Source: Planctomycetota bacterium (GTDB taxonomy: Bacteria > Planctomycetota > MHYJ01 > WSZJ01). Taken from it: 64,000 nt of DNA. The position numbers were made by a program, and so were the translations under genes. The DNA lies in assembly GCA_038060895.1 (NCBI GenBank), contig JBBTCT010000009.1, forward strand, positions 368,082 to 432,081. Reading direction: 5' to 3'. Below the pieces are notes generated by a model, which saw only the letters and a program-made list of their open reading frames with translations, was not told where the DNA came from and ran no database searches. Numbering within the stretch: the stretch's first letter is position 1; each line of letters starts with the position of its first letter. Of the stretch, positions 57,115 to 64,000 are shown one piece after another.

Positions 57115-59244
57115 ATGAGAGCTGCTTTCGCACTCCTGATTCTCGGCTCTGCGATTCCCGCTTCTGCCCAGGAGCTGGGTGGCGGCAATCTCACGAAGCT
57201 GAAGGACGCCACTGCGTATGTGCGATGGGAAGCGAATGGCACGGTGCACATGGGCTCGGCGTACCTGTTCAGGAAGTCGGGCAGCACCGGTTATCTCCTG
57301 ACCTGCGCGCACGTGGTCGGGAATGCCGAAAAAGTGACGGTTGTCTTCCAGGCGGGACTTCCAGGGGAAAAGTCGCTGGAAGCGAAAGTCACCGGAAAGG
57401 ACTCCTCCCGCGACACCGCGTGTCTTCGCGTCAGTGACCCCAACCTGCCCGTGCCGCTGGAGCTTTCGGCAAAGACCGAGGTCCGCGAGACGGAGAACGT
57501 GTTCGTGGCGGGGTTTCCCTTCGGCGAACTGATTTCAACCTCTGACAAGAACCCGAATATTTCCGTGTCGAGGGCTTCCGTTTCGAGCATCCGCAAGGGC
57601 AATCGCAACGAGGTGGTTGTCGTGCAGCTCGACGGAAACATCAACCCGGGCAACAGCGGCGGGCCAGTGGTGGACTCGAAGGGGCGCGTGGTCGGGATGG
57701 CTGCCGCGAAGGTGGCCGGAACGAACACGGCGTTCGCGGTGCCGCCGGAAGAGCTTCGGAAATTTCTGACCGGACGCCTCGAGCATGTCCGGCTGAACCC
57801 CATCTCCTGCGACGGCACGCGGTTGAGGCTCGAGGTCGTCGCGCAAGTTGTCGACCCGGCCGGCACCTTCAAATCGGCCGGATGGTCCTGGATGCGTTCG
57901 GACGAGTTGAAAACGATGAAAGAAGAAGACGCTTCGGGAGTGGTGCCGAAGGCCAGCCCTCTCTTCAAGGACGTGCCGCTCAAGTTCGATGAAGCGACGG
58001 GGCTCGCCAGGGTGACGATTGAAGTGGTGCGTGCCGCGGGTGAAGGCGAGGCCATCATGGTCACGTGGCAGGGATGCTTCGTGCCACTTGATGGGCCGGC
58101 GCTCTGGATGGTCCCCGAGACGGAGTCGGTCCGGTTCAAAGTCATGGCGTTCGAGCCGCCCGTCAAGCCCGGGGACAAGCCCGGGGACAAGCCGCCCGTC
58201 AAACCGGGTGACGAGCCCCCCGCGCCCGGTACCGGGCTCAAACCCGCGGATGCGCTGATCGAGAAGGGGCGCCTGCAGCTTCTGGCCACGGTCGGGGACA
58301 TGGTGCTCTCGCGCGACGGGGCGTGGCTCTACGTGCTCGATCTCTCCGACGGAAAGGTCCTCAAGGTCGATGCCGAGACCATGGCGCTCGACTCGTCCGT
58401 CGCCATTCCCGACAGCCCAGTCTGCATGGCTCTCCAACCCAAGTCCGAGACACTGATGGTCGCTTCCCGAGTGGCTGCGTCCACCGGTGCGCATGACGAT
58501 TCCGGGAAGGGACGCCTGTTTTCAGTGAACGCGACGACGATGAAGATCACTTCCACGATGGACCTCGCAGGCGATCCCTTCGATGTCGACGTCTCCGCTT
58601 CAGGAATTGCGTACGTCTCGATAACGATGGCCCGGGACCTCCTGGTCGTAGACCCGGCCAGGAAGAGTTCGGATAAGGCGCAGATCTCGACTGAAATGTC
58701 ACGCGTTCACGTCCACCCTGACGGGACCCGCATCTACATCGGCACCGGATTCTCTTCCGGGGATTTTGTCTGCATGAGCACGACGCGTGAGCCCCAGGGG
58801 AAGTACCCGAACTACTCGTGCTACAGCTATCGCGCGGACAACCGTGACCAGAGCGGTGGCGAACATGTGCTTTCTCCTGATGGAAAGTTCCTCATCGGTT
58901 CCCGGGGCACAGCCCTGCGGCTTGCCAAGGGGGGGAAAGAAGCGGACATGAAGCCGCTCGCGAAGCTCGACCCCTGGATCAGTGCGGCGGCCGCGCCCGG
59001 CTGTGCGACCCTGGTGACGGCGACGCGGGAGGGGTTTCTGAAATTCATCACCCTCGGGTCGTTCGACCTGACGAAGTCCGTGCCCGCGGGCGGGATCTGT
59101 ACCCATCTCGCCATGGATCCGGCAAAGAACCGGCTGTACGCGCACCTCGCCCCTTTGCGGGACAACGCGCTCCAGAGGGAGGACACGAGGCCGGGGCTGA
59201 AGTGCCGGATTCCCGGCGACCTGGTGGTGTGGTCTCTGAAGTGA
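57115..59244 (+). CDS. Exported trypsin-like (S1) serine protease with C-terminal beta-propeller
   Basis: GAGGAG RBS, signal peptide, intact triad TCAHVV / RDTA / PGNSGGP, Pro-rich linker, YVTN-like blades. Confidence 0.88.
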   Translation: MRAAFALLILGSAIPASAQELGGGNLTKLKDATAYVRWEANGTVHMGSAYLFRKSGSTGYLLTCAHVVGNAEKVTVVFQAGLPGEKSLEAKVTGKDSSRDTACLRVSDPNLPVPLELSAKTEVRETENVFVAGFPFGELISTSDKNPNISVSRASVSSIRKGNRNEVVVVQLDGNINPGNSGGPVVDSKGRVVGMAAAKVAGTNTAFAVPPEELRKFLTGRLEHVRLNPISCDGTRLRLEVVAQVVDPAGTFKSAGWSWMRSDELKTMKEEDASGVVPKASPLFKDVPLKFDEATGLARVTIEVVRAAGEGEAIMVTWQGCFVPLDGPALWMVPETESVRFKVMAFEPPVKPGDKPGDKPPVKPGDEPPAPGTGLKPADALIEKGRLQLLATVGDMVLSRDGAWLYVLDLSDGKVLKVDAETMALDSSVAIPDSPVCMALQPKSETLMVASRVAASTGAHDDSGKGRLFSVNATTMKITSTMDLAGDPFDVDVSASGIAYVSITMARDLLVVDPARKSSDKAQISTEMSRVHVHPDGTRIYIGTGFSSGDFVCMSTTREPQGKYPNYSCYSYRADNRDQSGGEHVLSPDGKFLIGSRGTALRLAKGGKEADMKPLAKLDPWISAAAAPGCATLVTATREGFLKFITLGSFDLTKSVPAGGICTHLAMDPAKNRLYAHLAPLRDNALQREDTRPGLKCRIPGDLVVWSLK

Positions 59245-61331
59245 AGGCTCTTCCGCTTCTGTTCACGGTGCTCGCCGCCGTTACCACGGCGGCCGAGGAA
59301 CCTGCAACCGCAAAGGACCGCGCCATTGCTGCGACGGCGCTGTTGAAGCCGATCGAGCGCGGAAGCACAAAGGTGGGACTGGCCTTCCTCGTCAGGAAGG
59401 ACGGCGAGACCGGCTGGCTGCTGACGCGCGACGAAATCGTGGGAACCGCATCTCGGGTGGAAGTGGTGCTCTGGCCGGGGACTCCTGCGGAGAAGATCGT
59501 GAAAGGGGACGTGGTGTGCGCGGGGGTTGGGTACGGCACGGTGAAAGTGACGGGAGTCGCGGGGCTTCCCGATCCGATGAACGTGCTGGCCGAAGTGAAA
59601 CCGCGGGACAAGGGCGAAGTGCTGGTCGCCGGATTCCCGGAGATCGGCCCGGCGAACGCCCCTGCGGGGGCGGCCCGCGCGCTGAAAGCGACCGTAACCG
59701 TCATGAACAAAAAGGACGCCTTCTGGGGGCCGGTTACGGAGTACAAGCTCGCAGGTGAATTTGCCCTCGGAGACCGGGGCGGCGCCATCATCGACAGCTC
59801 GGGAAAGGCCATCGGCCTGCTTTCCCTGGACAGCTCATCCCCTCCCGCCGGAAGAATCGTCCCCAACGACACGCTGCAGGCCTGGGCGGGCGGTTCCTGG
59901 GCCGAATTCACGGTTTCCACGAAATCCGTCACGGATTCCAAGGCACGAGTGGACATTGCCGTCACCATTTTCTCGCCGCTGGGCCCTCCAAAGTCGGCGT
60001 CCATCTCCTGGGCGCGCGCCGAACGGCTCAAAAAAGTCCCAAACGTGCTGAAGCGCGACGGCGAATGGGAGAAGGTCCATCCCGACGCCCGGGACAGCGC
60101 CCTTGCCATCTCCGGAACGAGGGGCACCGTCAGCATTGATTTTGAGCGATTCAAGAAGGACGAGGCGAAAGGGACGCTGAGTTTCCAATTCAAGATCGTC
60201 GGCCCGGACGGGAAGGCAAAGTGGTGCCAACCCGCCGGCATCGACGTGCTGTTCGAGGCCGACCAGGTGGTCAAGTCCAGGAACTCGAACAGCATGCTGG
60301 TCCACGTCCGCGAAGAGCCGCTTCCCCCGGCGCCCGGAATGACGCCGCTGGTGACTTCGGAGACATTTGAAGTCAAAGAGCGGCTTCGGCGCGGGTCGTG
60401 CCTGGAGGACCTTCACCTGTCGCCGGACGGGGCAGAGCTGGCGGTCCTCGACCTGTCTGAGGGAAAGATCCTGCGCATCCACGCGGCGGACCTCACGGTA
60501 CTGGCGGAGGCCAAGCCGGAAGGGCGCGTCGCGGGCATTTCAGTCACCCCGGACTGGAAGTCGGTCTGGGTCGTGTCCCAGGTCGCGCTTTTCAACAAGG
60601 AAGGAAGGGTCGAGTGGGCAGGGCAGGTTGTGCGGTACAGCTGGCCGGACCTGGCGGCCGGCCCGGCCGTCGGGATCATCGGAACGCCTCGCGAGGTCGC
60701 CGCCACCGATGCGGGCTTCCTGGCCGTGGCGACCATTAATGGCCACGTCGTGATGTTCGACGGGGCAAAGGGCACCGACGTCGGGCGGACATCCTCTGGC
60801 GGCCAGGGATTGCTCCTGCATCCGAACCAGCGCGTTGTCTACTGCGCCCAGGTTGAATACGTCACGACCCGTGGCCTTCCCATGAAACCAATTCCCTCCG
60901 GTAACGATCCGCGATGGGAGGTTCGCGGCCCTTCCGGCTTCGCCGGCAACGTCGCTGCCGAGGCGGCACTGTCGTCAGACGGGCGCTGGATTCTCCAACC
61001 GTGGGGAGAGGTGTTTTCCATCGAAGAAGCGGATTCGCGGACGGATTTTCTGAAAAAGTACAGCATCGACCCGTGCCTGTCGTTTGCGGTCGGAAACGGC
61101 TGCAACACGTTTTACTCTTCCACGACTGAAGGCACTTTGCGCGAGTACGAGTTCGGCCGGTTCGTGCTGAAACGGGAGATTCCGATCGGGCTTGTCCTGA
61201 GGCAGATGGCGATCGACCCGGCGAAGAAGCGTCTCTACGGCGTCGCGGTCAAATGGGGGAACGACAACCCGACCGTCCGGCGAGGCGGTTTCGTGAGCGA
61301 GCTGGTCGCGATCGACCTGGAGAAGAAATGA
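59241..61331 (+). CDS. Exported trypsin-like pseudoprotease with beta-propeller (paralogue)
   Basis: GTGA overlap. Same architecture as 57115, but LLTRDEIV and GDRGGA replace the His and Ser motifs. Confidence 0.8.
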   Translation: MKALPLLFTVLAAVTTAAEEPATAKDRAIAATALLKPIERGSTKVGLAFLVRKDGETGWLLTRDEIVGTASRVEVVLWPGTPAEKIVKGDVVCAGVGYGTVKVTGVAGLPDPMNVLAEVKPRDKGEVLVAGFPEIGPANAPAGAARALKATVTVMNKKDAFWGPVTEYKLAGEFALGDRGGAIIDSSGKAIGLLSLDSSSPPAGRIVPNDTLQAWAGGSWAEFTVSTKSVTDSKARVDIAVTIFSPLGPPKSASISWARAERLKKVPNVLKRDGEWEKVHPDARDSALAISGTRGTVSIDFERFKKDEAKGTLSFQFKIVGPDGKAKWCQPAGIDVLFEADQVVKSRNSNSMLVHVREEPLPPAPGMTPLVTSETFEVKERLRRGSCLEDLHLSPDGAELAVLDLSEGKILRIHAADLTVLAEAKPEGRVAGISVTPDWKSVWVVSQVALFNKEGRVEWAGQVVRYSWPDLAAGPAVGIIGTPREVAATDAGFLAVATINGHVVMFDGAKGTDVGRTSSGGQGLLLHPNQRVVYCAQVEYVTTRGLPMKPIPSGNDPRWEVRGPSGFAGNVAAEAALSSDGRWILQPWGEVFSIEEADSRTDFLKKYSIDPCLSFAVGNGCNTFYSSTTEGTLREYEFGRFVLKREIPIGLVLRQMAIDPAKKRLYGVAVKWGNDNPTVRRGGFVSELVAIDLEKK

Positions 61332-62617
61332 ACCGTCCCGCGAACCTCTGGGTGATGGCGCTCGTTCTGTCTCCGGCGCTGGCGTGCGCCGAGTCGGCGG
61401 AAGCGAAGCCGGAGCTCAAGATCGGTTTCAAGGTCGACGTGACCCAGGTCGGTTGGGCGGTGGACGAAGGGTTCACGTTCGAAAGCAGCCTCGGCAAGCA
61501 CGAGGTGAAGTGGGCCCTGATGAGCGGCGTCGTGCCGGGGAAGGACGGGATGTGGTCCCTCACCATGAAGGACCAGACCAGGGTCGCGGGCAAGGTGCTC
61601 GGGGAGACATTCAAAATCCGGAAGGCCGGCGGGACGGAGAAGACGTTCGCGTGGTCCGACCTCACCGGCCTGATCGTGCGGATGGTGAAGGAGCCCTCAC
61701 CGGACGACACGGCGCCTGTTCTCGCGAGCTACCCGGGCGCCGTGACGTGCGGCGGATTTGCCCTGTGCGGAGGAGGAATCCTCGCCGTAGCGGACCGTGC
61801 GGGTCTTGTCGTCCTTTTCATCGACTCCGCGACGATGAAGGAAGTCTCGAGTCTCAAACTCGACGGTGAGCCGCGAGCACTGGCAACGACGCCTGGCGGA
61901 AAGGTGGTTATTTCGGCCAACAATTCGGTCACCTGGGCGGATCCCGCCACCGGCGCGCTGATCAAGACCGTAGCCGCAGGAGTTCAGGGTCCCTGGCTTG
62001 TGGCGCCGACCGAGGAGGATGCGATTCTCACGGACGGCCAGCAGACCGTCGTTGTCTCCTCAGGGCGGGAGAAGGTGATCTTCCAGGACCGTGTCGCGTC
62101 TCACCGCGTGCTTCTTGCTCCTTCCTGCGACCGGATTCTCTCGGGGGCGGGACTTCTGCGCTTCGACCCGCTCGCGGACGGCGTCAAGCGCCCGATTCTC
62201 CACGGCATGCCGTTCGAGAGCGGGGCAGTCTCGACCTCGAGCGCTTTTCTCATCGGCGACAAGTACGTCGTTTTCGCCGCGGGCGGCGTTTATCGCCTCG
62301 GCTGTGGCGCCGGCGCAGCCTTGTCGCTGGTCACGCGAATTCCACCCCACCTGACAGGCACATCCGTCCGTGGAGGCAACACCTTCGCCGTATTCGACGG
62401 CAGCCTGACGGTGACGGTGATCGAGGTCGAGACCTGGAAGGTGCTCCGCAGGGCCCAGTCCGGCGTAAGTGTCTTCGCGGCGCAGCCGTCCATCGATGGC
62501 AAGAGTGCCTGCCTGCTCGGGATCCGGGATAAGTTGAACCCGCCGTTGGATCCTGCGGGCTACTTCACGGGCAAGGGCAGGGCAGCGGCGATCGTCAAAC
62601 TGTCTCTCGAGGAATGA
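61328..62617 (+). CDS. Exported protein with duplicated small beta domain and beta-propeller (paralogue of 55743..57059)
   Basis: ATGA overlap, signal peptide, FTFESSLGKHEV and DQTRVAGKV repeats, propeller. Confidence 0.75.
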   Translation: MNRPANLWVMALVLSPALACAESAEAKPELKIGFKVDVTQVGWAVDEGFTFESSLGKHEVKWALMSGVVPGKDGMWSLTMKDQTRVAGKVLGETFKIRKAGGTEKTFAWSDLTGLIVRMVKEPSPDDTAPVLASYPGAVTCGGFALCGGGILAVADRAGLVVLFIDSATMKEVSSLKLDGEPRALATTPGGKVVISANNSVTWADPATGALIKTVAAGVQGPWLVAPTEEDAILTDGQQTVVVSSGREKVIFQDRVASHRVLLAPSCDRILSGAGLLRFDPLADGVKRPILHGMPFESGAVSTSSAFLIGDKYVVFAAGGVYRLGCGAGAALSLVTRIPPHLTGTSVRGGNTFAVFDGSLTVTVIEVETWKVLRRAQSGVSVFAAQPSIDGKSACLLGIRDKLNPPLDPAGYFTGKGRAAAIVKLSLEE

Positions 62618-62658
62618 GCGGGCCGTCGTCGCAGGGGCGCAGCAGGTAAGATGCCGCC

Positions 62659-64000
62659 ATGCCCAGCCTTCGTGTTGCCTTGGCGACTCTGTTGCCAGCC
62701 GCGCTCGCGTGTGGCGGGTGCGTGTCCGGCACGGGAGATGCCGGTCGAGGACTGTCAGCGGACGCGATTGAGCGCTTGAAGTCGGCGACAGCGCTCGTTC
62801 GCGCTGACGCCGGGCCGTGGCAGGGATCGGCCACACTCTTCCGGGTGGACGGCGAAACCGGCTACCTGCTCGCGTGGTCACAGCCGTTTCAGCGCTCCGG
62901 CCCCATCCGCGTGTTCTTCGACGCAGGGACGTCTCTTCAGCGCTCCTATGAAGGCACGGTCCTCTCCGTGGACCCCGGGCGGGAGCTGGCATGCCTTCGA
63001 GTGAATGGGAAGGGACTTCCGCAGCCGCTGGAGCTTGGCGAGGACCTGGGCGTCTCGGAGACGGCCGAAGTCTTTGCCGCGGTCTACTCGCCATGGGGCT
63101 CTTCCTTGCCCCCGACAGGGCCGGCGATCTGGATTCCCCGGCTATCCGTGACGTCGCTGACCCGCGGAGCCGGAGGCGAGGTGACGCGGTTGCGGCTGAG
63201 CGGCGACGTTCCCCAGGGCGCTTCGGGCGGACCTGTTGTGGGTTCCGACCTGAAAGTTCGAGGGATTCTGGGGCAACAGCTGCCCGGTGCGGCCGGAGCT
63301 GTTGCCTGCGGGGAATTTTCCGGCTTTTTGCGCGGCCATTTGCGTGACCTGAAGGTCGAGGTATCACCCGCCACGGACGAAAAGGTGAAGCTCGAAATCG
63401 AGGCGAGGGTGTCGGATCCGATGAGCGAGTTTCACGCCGCCGGAATCGCCTGGACGCGGAAGGATCACACCGGCGGCGCGACGGCCGAAACAGGGCTGGA
63501 AGTCGCTCGTGCGACGGGCGTGGCGCGCGCGACGGTCGAACTCTCCGCAGGACCCGGCGACGGCATCGTGATCTATGCGTTTCAACCATGGTGGACGCTC
63601 AAGGACGGAACCCGCGTCCAGGGCGCGCCGCTCGACGTCGCCGTGGACTTCGGAAATGAAGAAGCTCCGGAAGCGGAGAAACTTCCCGAGCTGCAGACGG
63701 GCGACACGATTCGTCCGATCTCCCGGCTGTCCAAACAGACGTCGCTTCAGGGGTTATGGCTCATGCGAGACCGTGCCAGCCTCTGTGTCCTGAACCTCTC
63801 CGACGGTCGCGTTCTTCGCGTGCGCGCTTCGGATCTCGCCGTCACGGGAGGCGTGGATGTTTCCGGCGGAGTGGTGGCCATGACGCTCGACCCGGCCGAA
63901 TCGATGCTTTTCGTAGCCGCCCGCGACCTCGAAATGCGCGACGTGGACGGGCACTTCGGCGGCCTTGTGCATGTCATCCGGCTATCCGACCTCCAGCTGC
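62659..64000 (+). CDS. Exported (possibly lipoprotein) trypsin-like pseudoprotease with beta-propeller (partial, runs off window end)
   Basis: Not in the ORF track. Manual translation: MPSLRVALATLL..CGGC, LKSATALVR, GETGYLLAWSQPF, RELACLRV, QGASGGP, LNLSDGRVLRV. Confidence 0.8.
   Translation, partial: MPSLRVALATLLPAALACGGCVSGTGDAGRGLSADAIERLKSATALVRADAGPWQGSATLFRVDGETGYLLAWSQPFQRSGPIRVFFDAGTSLQRSYEGTVLSVDPGRELACLRVNGKGLPQPLELGEDLGVSETAEVFAAVYSPWGSSLPPTGPAIWIPRLSVTSLTRGAGGEVTRLRLSGDVPQGASGGPVVGSDLKVRGILGQQLPGAAGAVACGEFSGFLRGHLRDLKVEVSPATDEKVKLEIEARVSDPMSEFHAAGIAWTRKDHTGGATAETGLEVARATGVARATVELSAGPGDGIVIYAFQPWWTLKDGTRVQGAPLDVAVDFGNEEAPEAEKLPELQTGDTIRPISRLSKQTSLQGLWLMRDRASLCVLNLSDGRVLRVRASDLAVTGGVDVSGGVVAMTLDPAESMLFVAARDLEMRDVDGHFGGLVHVIRLSDLQL

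Noticed and set aside
58156-58215. Tandem 12-bp repeats (KPGD)n
   Set aside because: Simple Pro-rich interdomain linker within the protease gene.
62653-62661. Kozak-like GCCGCCATG at two starts (also 55678-55686 minus)
   Set aside because: Likely coincidental in a high-GC genome; better explained as the spacer after a -10 element.

Overview
High-GC (roughly two-thirds G+C by eye) bacterial chromosomal segment, most likely from a planctomycete. This is an inference from the expanded membrane Ser/Thr kinases, an ECF sigma-kinase pair, HEAT-repeat lipoproteins and a DnaA paralogue. From left to right it holds: (1) a surface-glycosylation cluster; (2) a fatty-acid/propionyl-CoA cluster (fabG, carboxyltransferase, biotin carboxylase, BCCP, methylmalonyl-CoA mutase and epimerase, acpP, fabF); (3) an amidase, an N-terminally truncated DnaA-like gene, a DUF2961/GH172 hydrolase, an orphan anti-sigma operon and a PqaA-like hydrolase; (4) a long minus-strand run: radA, GxxExxY nuclease, DUF2752, nucleotide-sugar dehydrogenase, mini-secretin, two giant kinases, nadE, nrtR; (5) ECF sigma plus kinase, PH-domain pair, rsmE, rplM-rpsI, dapL, a UPF0175/DUF3368 pair and a TPR protein; (6) a paralogous array of exported trypsin-like/beta-propeller proteins that runs off the window end. 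The most notable observations are: a GxxExxY PD-(D/E)XK nuclease gene exactly bracketed by 29-bp inverted repeats built of 9-mer units (candidate mobile or REP-like cassette that also supplies the radA C-terminus); a similar but empty hexamer-built hairpin; an array with one intact and two catalytically degenerate serine proteases; a textbook NrtR operator on the nadE start; and pervasive leaderless-type promoters. No rRNA, tRNA or CRISPR array was seen. All family calls come from motif recognition by eye; no database searches were run.
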